Position numbers and translations under genes: made by a program. The notes beneath the pieces were generated by a model. The model made no database searches. It worked only from the letters and a program-made list of their open reading frames with translations, and had not been told where the DNA came from. Of a stretch of DNA of 64,000 nt, positions 19,209 to 27,727 are shown piece after piece. Where the stretch lies: the IMG/VR virus record IMGVR_UViG_2740892367_000002, positions 31,864-95,863 of that record. One strand, given 5' to 3'. The stretch's first letter is position 1, and each line of letters opens with the position of its first letter. Source of the stretch: a virus (Duplodnaviria > Caudoviricetes).

Positions 19209-19236
19209 AAAAGAACAAAGCCCGCTCAACGCGGGC
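19209..19236 (-). terminator. Intrinsic terminator of the repressor operon
   Basis: Minus strand GCCCGC-GTTGA-GCGGGC-TTTGTTCTTTT. Confidence 0.7.
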
Positions 19237-19244
19237 CCGGATGG

Positions 19245-19544
19245 TTAGAACTGGTAGTTGTTTTTGCGCTGGCCCCCCTGTGGCTGCAGGCCATACGACT
19301 TGTTGTACTGGGGCGGGTTGCTGTACTCGTCCCGCTGGTGGCCGCGCTGGCCCGTATAGGGATTCACGCCGCCATACTGGTTGTTCTCGGCGTTCAGATT
19401 GTTGTTCCGGTACTGATCCGGATTGGACCTGACGTAGCCCTCCCGGTAGTTGCCGTTCTTGTCGACATGGGGGCGGACGTAAGTCTGGGCGCTGACGCTG
19501 GTTGCGCACACAAGCAGCGCAGCGAGTATCGGAAGAGTTTTCAT
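19245..19544 (-). CDS. Small secreted N/Q/Y/G-rich protein
   Basis: Signal peptide MKTLPILAALLVCATSVSA; YVRPH...NG...GY.RS.P...VNPYTG. Confidence 0.7.
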   Translation of the reverse strand: MKTLPILAALLVCATSVSAQTYVRPHVDKNGNYREGYVRSNPDQYRNNNLNAENNQYGGVNPYTGQRGHQRDEYSNPPQYNKSYGLQPQGGQRKNNYQF

Positions 19545-19618
19545 CGTGATGGCCTGTTCCCTAGGAAACCCAGAGTAACGGACGCGGCGAGCATCGGCGC
19601 CCCCACGGAAGTAGGGCG

Positions 19619-20143
19619 CTATTCCTCTTCAGCGCCTTGCTGTTCCTCGGCATAGGCTTGGCAGCCTTCGATGAAAGACTGTGACTTTCCGCCGCAATCA
19701 TCAGGGTCTGTGATCCCGTTTTCCTCTGCCCAGTCATATCCAGCCTCGTGGCCGGAGCAATCCTGAGTGCATAGATAGCCGTTGAATTGGAGAGGCGGCA
19801 GCCGAGCCGCGGAGTTGCGGTCGATAGGGCGAGGCACCCGGGATTCAAAGTAGCGCTGCAGTTCGCCGGTATCGATACCCTTGTGGGCTGCGATGGCGGG
19901 CACGACACGATCACGGTAGACCTGCCAGATCATCAGTTTCTCCAGCGGGCCGACAGAGTTGAAGTTCTCCTGTGCCTTGAACTTGCTCCACGACGGGAGC
20001 GGGAGCTCATCGGATTTCTGTGCTGGCGCGGGAAGTGGCTGGGGAGCGGCGGCTGAGACGGTACCGGGCGCGGGCCCCTTTTCTTGCTGCCCGCAACCTA
20101 TCGCAAAAAGGCATGCACTAGCGAGTGCCACCACCCGGTTCAT
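19619..20143 (-). CDS. Lipoprotein with Cys-rich C-terminal domain
   Basis: Lipobox-like FAIGC; CTQDCSGHEAGY.WA...C..SF.EGC; ATGA-coupled to cI. Confidence 0.7.
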   Translation of the reverse strand: MNRVVALASACLFAIGCGQQEKGPAPGTVSAAAPQPLPAPAQKSDELPLPSWSKFKAQENFNSVGPLEKLMIWQVYRDRVVPAIAAHKGIDTGELQRYFESRVPRPIDRNSAARLPPLQFNGYLCTQDCSGHEAGYDWAEENGITDPDDCGGKSQSFIEGCQAYAEEQQGAEEE

Positions 20144-20592
20144 TTCGAACTGCGCCGAGGCTTAGCCTGCTCCGGATGCATGCCGGTGAACTCGATCACC
20201 TTCTTCTTCCGCGCAAACAGAGGCTGCTCGGCCAGGCAGCCCGCAATGAACTTGCTCACCACTGCGTCCAGATTTGCCCGGTTTTCAGGGCTCAATCGGT
20301 CGAAGTCTGCCCGGGGAATGGAGAACGGCCACGACTCTTCGGCCAGTGCCGCAACAGATGGCTGAGGGGGGGTGGCCGGCGCCGGGGCGCGCTCTGCGCC
20401 AAACATTAGCGTTTCCTCGGATAGCTGAAGCGCCTGAGCCACTGCGGCAACGCGCGCGCGCTTCGGCGCGATCTCGTCGGCGAGCCACTTTCTGACCGTC
20501 TCATAGCTGACGCCTACCTCGTCCGCCAACCACTTTGGCGACTTCTCGAGGCGTGTAAGAGCGCTGCGGATTCTTGAGCCGATCGTATCCAT
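20140..20592 (-). CDS. cI: CI-like repressor (XRE HTH, no S24 peptidase domain)
   Basis: IGSRIR..WLADEVGVSYETVRKW; divergent from cro, across the operators. Confidence 0.8.
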   Translation of the reverse strand: MDTIGSRIRSALTRLEKSPKWLADEVGVSYETVRKWLADEIAPKRARVAAVAQALQLSEETLMFGAERAPAPATPPQPSVAALAEESWPFSIPRADFDRLSPENRANLDAVVSKFIAGCLAEQPLFARKKKVIEFTGMHPEQAKPRRSSK

Positions 20593-20670
20593 CCGCGAAG
20601 AATACAACTTTATGTTGTACATGGCACCACACGTTTTTGTTGTGATATGCACGTTTTTGTTGTACGCTCC
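20593..20670. promoter_or_regulatory. OR region: three operators plus divergent PRM-like and PR promoters
   Basis: ACAACTTTATGTTGT (20604-20618), ACACGTTTTTGTTGT (20629-20643), GCACGTTTTTGTTGT (20649-20663); PR TTGTGA-N17-TACGCT; leftward GTGCCA-N17-TATTCT-N6-ATG. Confidence 0.8.
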
Positions 20671-20691
20671 GAATCAAATTGGAGCTTACGC

Positions 20692-20958
20692 ATGTGCGCT
20701 ATCGAAAGGTTGGTTGAGTTGAACGGCGGGCCCGTCGCAGTGGCGAGGGCGCTAGACGACGTCGTCGCCTATCAGGAAGTTCAGCGCTGGGTGAAGCGGG
20801 GCTACGGCGCGCCGAAACACTTTCAGCGACTGGTCGCGTTGCTTCCGCAAGGGATGGCGATTGACGACCTGTTTGCCGACATGCCGTCCAGCAAGGGGCG
20901 GAAGCTTGGTCGTAAGGGGCCGTCTGCGGCCGATTCTCACCACCGGGCTGCGGCATGA
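20692..20958 (+). CDS. cro: Cro-like repressor
   Basis: GGPVAVARAL...YQEVQRWVKRG; GGAG RBS. Confidence 0.7.
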   Translation: MCAIERLVELNGGPVAVARALDDVVAYQEVQRWVKRGYGAPKHFQRLVALLPQGMAIDDLFADMPSSKGRKLGRKGPSAADSHHRAAA

Positions 20959-20964
20959 CCGCGC

Positions 20965-21300
20965 CTATCCCTTTCCATCAATCGCGCGCTGCAGCCGCTC
21001 AAGCTCGAGCACGAGCGAGCGGGCGGTGTTCAGGCATTTCGCAACAGCCTCGCGCTGATCTGTCAGAGGGATATCCGACTTATACGGGCGGCCAGTGCCT
21101 GTCGACAGCCAGTCTGCTGAAACGCCCAGCGCCTTCGCGATCGCGTTTGTGTGCCGGCTTCCCTTCGCGTTTCGCGCAGGGTCGAGCAGGTGGTGGATGG
21201 ACTGCGGGCGAATGCCGACCCGCAGCGCGAGTGCCCGGCCGGAAGTCGGCGGGTCTGTTTGCGCCATCGCCCAGCGTAGCCGTTCGCCATACGTGTACAT
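20965..21300 (-). CDS. Second XRE-HTH repressor-like protein, antisense to the early operon
   Basis: YGERLRWAM..LALRVGIRPQSIH..IAKALGVSADWLSTG.G. Confidence 0.75.
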   Translation of the reverse strand: MYTYGERLRWAMAQTDPPTSGRALALRVGIRPQSIHHLLDPARNAKGSRHTNAIAKALGVSADWLSTGTGRPYKSDIPLTDQREAVAKCLNTARSLVLELERLQRAIDGKG

Positions 21301-21420
21301 GCGCCGCAGTTTGTCATTGCCCCTATGCAGGTTTGCCTGCTTTTTCGTTGCAGAGCGCTCTGTCACGAAGGACGAGCTTTTCGAGTACCCGACCGCTTGA
21401 TTGACCCGCAGGCGGTTTTC

Positions 21421-21451
21421 CCCAAGCGCTTCGGCGCCTGGGCTTTTTATT
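21421..21451 (+). terminator. tR1-like intrinsic terminator
   Basis: CCCAAGCGC-TTCG-GCGCCTGGG-CTTTTTATT. Confidence 0.65.
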
Positions 21452-21605
21452 CCTGATGCCCGACTACCCAATGACCCAACGTCAAACACAACCGAACGCA
21501 GTGGTTTCGACCGCCGGGCCGGGTGTCGGGCTGTCGCCTTGCTCACTGCGGCGCGCCACGTGTGGCCAGCGCCAAGCAGGGCAGGCAGCTCAGCACGTGC
21601 TGCCT

Positions 21606-21902
21606 TCACAGCGCGCCCGCCAGCAGCAGGTCCATGTGCTCATCGATGTCCGCGAAGACTTCCGCGGTCTCTTCAAGCAGCAGGGCCTGCTCCGCAGGGT
21701 GGCGCTTGGTGTCGGTGCCGGCCTCCTGAATCTGCGCCAGGTTGTTCCGCACCACGTCGCGCATTGCCTCGCCGAGCTGATCGGCGTAGAGGCGCAGCAC
21801 CAGTTGCCGCAGGACGAACAGTTGCAGCCGCACGTTCCGGTGTTCCAGATCGTGCTCAGTCAGCGGATTCGCTTTGATGGTCGTCGCTTCGTCGGTCGCC
21901 AT
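21606..21902 (-). CDS. Hypothetical antisense protein (98 aa)
   Basis: GAGGA RBS; helical ORF MATDEATT.. Confidence 0.55.
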   Translation of the reverse strand: MATDEATTIKANPLTEHDLEHRNVRLQLFVLRQLVLRLYADQLGEAMRDVVRNNLAQIQEAGTDTKRHPAEQALLLEETAEVFADIDEHMDLLLAGAL

Positions 21903-21936
21903 GTGCCCGCTTTCCTCTAACCGTTGATTGATTCCC

Positions 21937-22215
21937 ATGACCCAAGAGATTCCCGTCTTCGCCCGAAGCCCGAACAGCCACCCGCTTGGGAAGCTGACCT
22001 GGCAATCCAAGGTCGATCTGCCAGAGATCGTCGGCGAGGAAATCGTCAGCCGTGCAAGCCAGTGCGGCATGACGACCGCCGAGATGATTCGCGAGGTCCT
22101 GAGCTGGTGGGCGTGTCCCGAACTGATGCAAAGCGTACTAGACCAGCGCGCGAAAGTCGCGAGGGGAAATCTGGCAGGAAACGTACTGAAATCCCAATTT
22201 GGGCCCGACGAATGA
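21937..22215 (+). CDS. CII-position small DNA-binding protein (RHH-like)
   Basis: KVDLP..RA..GMTTAEMIREVL; position after cro/tR1. Confidence 0.5.
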   Translation: MTQEIPVFARSPNSHPLGKLTWQSKVDLPEIVGEEIVSRASQCGMTTAEMIREVLSWWACPELMQSVLDQRAKVARGNLAGNVLKSQFGPDE

Positions 22216-22814
22216 GCGAACTGAAGGAAGTTCCTGTGCCTGGGTACGAGGGTTACTACAAGGTGGACGAAGTCGGCCGGATTCACTCGGTAGACCGAGT
22301 GATCAAGGGGCGCGGCGGCATGGATGTGCACCTCCCCGGAAAGCCTCTCCGTTCGACCCTGCTCAAGAGTGGGTACACGACGGTGGCACTGAGCAAGGAC
22401 GGTCGGCCCAAGACGTTTGCCGCTCATCGGCTGGTTTGCCTTGCGTTCCATGGGGTGCCGGAGCACGACCGTATGGAAGTAAATCACAAGAACGGTGTGC
22501 GTCACGACAACCGCGCCGACAACTTGGAATGGGTAACTGCTGCCCAGAACACCGCTCACGCATATCAGGTTCTCGGCCGCCAGGCGTCTCGAAGTATGAC
22601 CGGGCGGTCTGGGGCGCTCAGCCCGAACGCGCGGCCGGTCGAGTCGTATGACCTAGTGAGCGGCGCTGTTGTCGCTCGATACCCAGCAGCCATTTTGGCG
22701 CAGAAAAGCGGCTTCAGCGCATCAGTCATCACGGCATGTGTGAAGGGAAGGCGAATCTCGCACGGGGGCTACGGCTGGCGTTACAGCGAGAAGAAAAACG
22801 AGGTTATTTGCTGA
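22212..22814 (+). CDS. NUMOD4-HNH homing endonuclease
   Basis: VPGYEGYYKV...GRI.S; HRLV..AF; VNHKNG..DNR..NLEW. Confidence 0.9.
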   Translation: MSELKEVPVPGYEGYYKVDEVGRIHSVDRVIKGRGGMDVHLPGKPLRSTLLKSGYTTVALSKDGRPKTFAAHRLVCLAFHGVPEHDRMEVNHKNGVRHDNRADNLEWVTAAQNTAHAYQVLGRQASRSMTGRSGALSPNARPVESYDLVSGAVVARYPAAILAQKSGFSASVITACVKGRRISHGGYGWRYSEKKNEVIC

Positions 22815-22849
22815 TCAACGCGGCCGCAGGCCGCACCGGGGGATGTGAA

Positions 22850-22996
22850 ATGGATCAGGTTCGATTGCGCGAAGCGATTCGAGAGGAAGGCGTGCGCGCA
22901 GCGCGCGATGGCAAGCCGATAAGCGAGTGCCGCTATGAAGAGGGCACTGACGCTCGCGACGAGTGGGAAAAGGGCTATGGCGGGGATGCACAATGA
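22850..22996 (+). CDS. 48-aa Rmf/CrpP-like small protein
   Basis: EG..AA..G....C.Y......EW.KGY pattern. Confidence 0.5.
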   Translation: MDQVRLREAIREEGVRAARDGKPISECRYEEGTDARDEWEKGYGGDAQ

Positions 22997-25110
22997 TCCG
23001 CGACCAGTTCACGCTTGACCTTGGCAACGAGCTGATCATCGACAACTTCGCGGGTGGCGGAGGCACCAGCACCGGTTTGGAGGCCGCCTTCGGTCGGCCG
23101 GTTGATATCGCCATCAACCACGACCCTGAAGCGTTGGCGATGCACGCGCTTAATCACCCATACACCAAGCACCATTGCGAAAGCGTGTGGGATGTTGACC
23201 CGATAGAGGTTACCAACAACCGGCCTGTCGGCCTGGTTTGGCTCTCGCCAGACTGCAAGCACTTCTCGAAGGCCAAGGGCGGCACACCGGTCTCAAAGCA
23301 TATTCGTGGCCTGGCCTGGGTCGGCATGCGCTGGGTGGCGCTCACCAAGCCGCGCGTGCTCATGCTGGAGAACGTCGAAGAGTTCCAGACCTGGGGCCCC
23401 GTCATCATCGCGCCCGATGGCACCTCGTACCCGGACCCGAAGCGTAAGGGCAAGACTTTCCAGAGCTTCGTGCGGCAGTTGCGCCAGCATGGCTACAAGG
23501 TGGACTGGCGGGAACTGCGCGCTTGCGACAACGGCGCGCCGACGATCCGCAAACGCCTGTTTCTGATCGCCCGGCGCGATGGGCTGCCGATCTTCTGGCC
23601 GGAGCAGACTCACGCCGAGCCCAGCGATCGCCGCGTCTTGGCTGGCAAGTTGGCGCCATACCGAACGGCGGCTGAATGCATCGACTTCAGCCTGCCCGCA
23701 GAAAGCGTGTTCGGTCGCAAACGTGATCTGGCACACAACACCATGCGCCGAGTCGCGAAAGGTTTGTGGCGCCACGTTCTGACAAGCGGAAGCCCGTTCA
23801 TCGTCGGCGTCGGCGGACGCATGGGCCAGTCGCCCTCGCGTTCCGTCCACTCGCCAGCGCAGACGATCACGTCGAAGGCTGACTCATGCGTTGCCCAGCC
23901 GGTCCTTGCGCCGTACCTGAGCGAGCACGCAAACGCCAGCAACCAGCGCACCATGCCAGCGGACGCACCACTGCGCACGATCTGCGCCCAGGTGAAGGGC
24001 GGACACTTTTCGGTCGTTGCGCCGACATTGGCCCCACTGCGGGGCACATCTGAGGCCCATCTTTGCGGCCATGATGTACAGGCGCCGCTGTCCACAATTT
24101 CGGCAGGTGGCACGCACCATGGTTTGATCGGCGCCCATTTGGTCACCATCGGCTACGGCGAGCGGCAAGGGCAGGACGCGCGCGCGCAGGATATCGCTGG
24201 GCCGCTCGGCACAGTCGTCACAGCCAACAAGCATGCGATGGTGGCTGCCCATCTGACCAAGTTTCGCACAGGCAGCGAGGGGCAGAGCTTGGACGAGCCG
24301 ATGCCGACAGTCACCGCAAACAGCTACATCAAACGGCCTGGCGGCTCCGCTCCGCTAGGCATCGTCGCCGCGCATCTTACTCACCTGACGCACCACGGCG
24401 AGCGCGCCGGCACCACGCCGGCCGAGCCGCTGCCTACCGTGACAGGAGCGAACCGCGGCGAGCAAGTGCTGGTGACCGCGTGTATGGAGCAGGCGTATGG
24501 CGGCTTCTACGAGGACAACGATGGACGCGCCGCAGATGTGCCTCTGTCGACAGTCATGTCCAAGGGTGCCAACCAGAGGCTGATCACTGCCTACCTCGTG
24601 AAGTACTACAGCGAGGGCGGGCAGGATTCCGCCTGCAATGAGCCAATGCACACGGTCCCCACCAAGGCTCGCATGGGCTTGGTGGAGACGTTGCAGGTTC
24701 CGGCCGCCACCCTGGCACCTGAGCACGTGGAGCGTGCTCGCGCGTGCGCCGAGCTGCTGCACGAGCACCTACCGGAGCAGTTCCCTTCGCCCGCCGATCT
24801 GGTCCTCATGCACCACGATGGCCAGTGGTGGGTCCTCGTGGACATCACCCTTCGGATGCTGAAGCCGCCCGAACTGTACAAGGCGCAGTCCTTTCCGGAT
24901 TGGTATATCACCCATGAGATTCCGAACCCGGAACTGCTGTTCAAGGACGGCGTACAGGTGCCCGGCGATCCGCGCCTGATTCCGCGAATCCCTCTGACGA
25001 TCACAGCCCAGGTGCGCATGTGCGGCAACAGCGTGTCGCCAGTTCAGGCTGAGGCGCTTACTCGCACGAACTTCAGGCATGAGCAGCTACTGCAGCGGGT
25101 GGTGGCATGA
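22993..25110 (+). CDS. C5 cytosine DNA methyltransferase with expanded repetitive variable region
   Basis: FAGGGG, SPDC, ENV, R.RLF, GNSV motifs. Confidence 0.9.
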   Translation: MIRDQFTLDLGNELIIDNFAGGGGTSTGLEAAFGRPVDIAINHDPEALAMHALNHPYTKHHCESVWDVDPIEVTNNRPVGLVWLSPDCKHFSKAKGGTPVSKHIRGLAWVGMRWVALTKPRVLMLENVEEFQTWGPVIIAPDGTSYPDPKRKGKTFQSFVRQLRQHGYKVDWRELRACDNGAPTIRKRLFLIARRDGLPIFWPEQTHAEPSDRRVLAGKLAPYRTAAECIDFSLPAESVFGRKRDLAHNTMRRVAKGLWRHVLTSGSPFIVGVGGRMGQSPSRSVHSPAQTITSKADSCVAQPVLAPYLSEHANASNQRTMPADAPLRTICAQVKGGHFSVVAPTLAPLRGTSEAHLCGHDVQAPLSTISAGGTHHGLIGAHLVTIGYGERQGQDARAQDIAGPLGTVVTANKHAMVAAHLTKFRTGSEGQSLDEPMPTVTANSYIKRPGGSAPLGIVAAHLTHLTHHGERAGTTPAEPLPTVTGANRGEQVLVTACMEQAYGGFYEDNDGRAADVPLSTVMSKGANQRLITAYLVKYYSEGGQDSACNEPMHTVPTKARMGLVETLQVPAATLAPEHVERARACAELLHEHLPEQFPSPADLVLMHHDGQWWVLVDITLRMLKPPELYKAQSFPDWYITHEIPNPELLFKDGVQVPGDPRLIPRIPLTITAQVRMCGNSVSPVQAEALTRTNFRHEQLLQRVVA

Positions 25111-25565
25111 TCGGCCGCAGCACCAAGCCCCTGAAGCGCTCGACCCCGCTGCAGCAGCGCACGCCCATGAAGCGAACCTGCGGCTTGAAGCAGGGTGGCA
25201 GCCAGCTCGCGCGCACGCCGATGAAGCGCAAATCTCCGAAGCGTCGGCCGATGGCGCAACGCCGTTATGCGCTGGCCTGCCGCGGCGAGCCCTGCTATTT
25301 GCTGATCCCCGGCGCGCCGTCGCACGACCTTGCCAGCGTTGTCGACTGCCACAGCAACCAGCAGAAGCACGGTAAGGGCATGTTGATCAAGGCCGACGAC
25401 GAGAAGACGGTACCGGGCTGCGCCTGGTGCCATCACGCCATCGACCAGGGCAATTGGCTGACGAAGGAAGAGCGCCGCGACTACTGGGATGACGCGTACC
25501 GCCGTTGGGTGCCAGTGCGCGCCGTGAAGATGGCCGGGCAGGGGAAGAGCGGAGGGGGCGCTTGA
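25107..25565 (+). CDS. Zn-binding nuclease-like protein (DUF1364-like)
   Basis: CRGEPC..VVDCHSN..HGKG..KADD..GC..CH..ID. Confidence 0.65.
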   Translation: MIGRSTKPLKRSTPLQQRTPMKRTCGLKQGGSQLARTPMKRKSPKRRPMAQRRYALACRGEPCYLLIPGAPSHDLASVVDCHSNQQKHGKGMLIKADDEKTVPGCAWCHHAIDQGNWLTKEERRDYWDDAYRRWVPVRAVKMAGQGKSGGGA

Positions 25566-26509
25566 GCACGCTGATCATGTCGCAGTGCTGGTCCCTCCAG
25601 ATGCCACCGACGCCCAAGGCAGTCCTGATTTCGCTCGCCGATAACGCGAACGACCAGGGGGTGTGCTGGCCGTCGATCGACACGATCGCCATGCGCACCT
25701 GCTTTTCCGAACGTGCAGTCCAGAACGCCATTAAGTGGCTGGAGACGAACCGTCTGTTGCGCGCAGAGCGCGTCACTGGGAAAAGCACCAACTACGTCCT
25801 GACGCCGGATCGGTATCAACCACCCGCAGGAGATGCACCCCCGCAGGAAGTGCACCCCGCAGGATGTGCACCAACCCCCGCAGCAGGTGCGCCCCAACCC
25901 CCGCAGCAGATGCACCAACCCCCGCAGGAGGTGCACCCAAACCGTAAAGAACCACCATCTGAACCATCAGGGAACCGTAAGAGGTCGCCGGCCAGGGCCG
26001 ACGACGATGCAACGACGGCATTGAAGGCAAAGGACCTGATCGCCGAGGGCGTCGACCGGCAGCACGCGAAGGACTGGCTGACGCTGCGAAAGGCCAAGCG
26101 CCTGCCGCTTACGCCGACGGCATGGCAGACCGTCAAGGATGAGGCGGCGAAGGTGGGCATGACTGCCCCCGAGGCGGTCAAGTACTCGGTGGGCTCGAAC
26201 TGGGCGGGCTTCAAAGCATCGTGGATTGAACGCGATCGGGCCAGTGCCGGCGGCAGCCAAGTGTTCGCTGGACAGTCATCTGTTGCCGCCGATTGGTGGA
26301 CCACCAAGGATGGAATCTATGCCAAGGCCGCCGAGCTAGGAGTAACCGAAGGCGATGGCGAAATCTTCTTATCGTTCCGCATTCGTGTCAGCGCCAAGGC
26401 TGGTGAAGGTCCGTGGCGCCAGCACCTCTACCGCGAGTTCTCGCGCGATGAGGGCATGACCGAGCGTCTCAACACTGCGTTTCAGCCCAACCGAAGGAGC
26501 GAGGCATGA
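25562..26509 (+). CDS. Replication initiator (N-terminal HTH, O-like)
   Basis: KAVLISLADNAND.G.CWPSI..IA..TC.SER.V; internal iterons. Confidence 0.8.
   Translation: MSTLIMSQCWSLQMPPTPKAVLISLADNANDQGVCWPSIDTIAMRTCFSERAVQNAIKWLETNRLLRAERVTGKSTNYVLTPDRYQPPAGDAPPQEVHPAGCAPTPAAGAPQPPQQMHQPPQEVHPNRKEPPSEPSGNRKRSPARADDDATTALKAKDLIAEGVDRQHAKDWLTLRKAKRLPLTPTAWQTVKDEAAKVGMTAPEAVKYSVGSNWAGFKASWIERDRASAGGSQVFAGQSSVAADWWTTKDGIYAKAAELGVTEGDGEIFLSFRIRVSAKAGEGPWRQHLYREFSRDEGMTERLNTAFQPNRRSEA
25823..25938 (+). repeat. Six iterons (CGCAG-N4-TGCRCC): probable phage origin
   Basis: Six imperfect tandem copies with a GCA..TGC dyad inside the initiator gene. Confidence 0.75.
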
Positions 26510-26799
26510 CGCCGAAACAGTGCATCACCTGCGAGCGCTTCACCATGAAGCCGCGCACCGGGGAAGGGGAGGCGCACCTGACTGCCAGCGATCGGACACA
26601 TGCACGTGTCGGTATGGGGCGGTGCCTGGAAGAGACGCTGGTGATGCGCTGGATCAGCGCCGAGTCGCCAGCATGCGAGAAGCACGAACCGGTCAGCAAA
26701 GAACAAGCGGCGCAGCGCCGCGAGTGGATCAAGGGGAGGGCCCCGCTACAGCGTGATGGCCATCCCAGCGCCCGCGATTACCGCGCCGAGAATGAATAG
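26506..26799 (+). CDS. Hypothetical Cys-containing protein
   Basis: CITCERF; ATGA coupling. Confidence 0.5.
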   Translation: MTPKQCITCERFTMKPRTGEGEAHLTASDRTHARVGMGRCLEETLVMRWISAESPACEKHEPVSKEQAAQRREWIKGRAPLQRDGHPSARDYRAENE

Positions 26800-27150
26800 G
26801 AAGATGGAGAAAACTATGAAGTTCATCGAGCTGGTGTCGAAAGACTCTGCCTTCTGTGAATCGCCTTTCAAGATCGCTCGAGCAGTGGCAGATCGGTTAC
26901 CGAACGCAAGAATCACGAAAACTGCTCCCAGGAGGAAGGCGCTTGCAGCCCCCAGAGCATACGGCTTGAAGCCGGCCGAACTGCCCTTCGTCAGAACGTT
27001 TTGCAGAAATCCAAGCATTGCCACCACAGATCCGGCATTTAGGACCAAGCAGGCTTTCAGTGCCTCAGTCAGTCCGGCTTCCATGTTGCTCCAGTGCCTG
27101 CGAGCGTCTTCCGTCGCTTTCTGTTGGTCAACTCCGTTCACTGCTTTCAC
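26746..27150 (-). CDS. Antisense multi-TM membrane protein (moron)
   Basis: Three hydrophobic helices, LNAGSVVAML; GGAG RBS; lower GC. Confidence 0.65.
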   Translation of the reverse strand: MKAVNGVDQQKATEDARRHWSNMEAGLTEALKACLVLNAGSVVAMLGFLQNVLTKGSSAGFKPYALGAASAFLLGAVFVILAFGNRSATARAILKGDSQKAESFDTSSMNFIVFSIFLFILGAVIAGAGMAITL

Positions 27151-27270
27151 TCCAAGAGCGTGGGAGAAACGATCCTATCACGCAGTCGATCGCTGTTGCC
27201 ATGGCGATAGCTTCAAGGATGCCCGCGTCGTGGCAACTGTTACGGATGCCGCCGCAAGGATGACGCCAGC

Positions 27271-27726
27271 ATGAGCAAGATGCTCCGATGGTCCGCCGAG
27301 CAGCTTGCCGCGCACCAGGCGCGCGTGCCCAAGCCCGCGCCGGCTGCCCCGTCCAAAGCCGACCGCGCCGCGGCGGTGCTGAAGCGAAACCAGGCCAAGG
27401 GCCGGCTGCCGCGCGGGACCATGAACAAGACCGAAGCCCGGTATGGGATCTACCTGGATCAGCAGAAGCTGGCCGGCGCTGTGCTGTGGTGGAACTTCGA
27501 GGGCATCAAGCTGATGCTCGCCAAGAACACCTCTATCACGATCGACTTTGCGGTGATGTCTGCTTCCGGTGTGCTCGAAATGCACGACGTGAAGGGCGCC
27601 AAGGCAATGATCGAGGACGACGCACGGGCCAAAACTAAGGTGGCGGCAGCCCTTTACCCGTTCGTTTTCAAATTCGTCTACCCGGCAGGAAAGGGCAGCG
27701 ATGGCTGGATTGAAGAGGAAATCTGA
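27271..27726 (+). CDS. PD-(D/E)XK nuclease-like protein (DUF1064-like)
   Basis: MNKTEARY..DF..E.HDVKG..K.KVAA. Confidence 0.7.
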   Translation: MSKMLRWSAEQLAAHQARVPKPAPAAPSKADRAAAVLKRNQAKGRLPRGTMNKTEARYGIYLDQQKLAGAVLWWNFEGIKLMLAKNTSITIDFAVMSASGVLEMHDVKGAKAMIEDDARAKTKVAAALYPFVFKFVYPAGKGSDGWIEEEI

Positions 27727-27727
27727 C

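Noticed and set aside
25823-25938. CRISPR-like array
   Set aside because: Units are about 16-23 bp with no unique spacers and no cas genes; they lie inside the initiator gene and fit iterons
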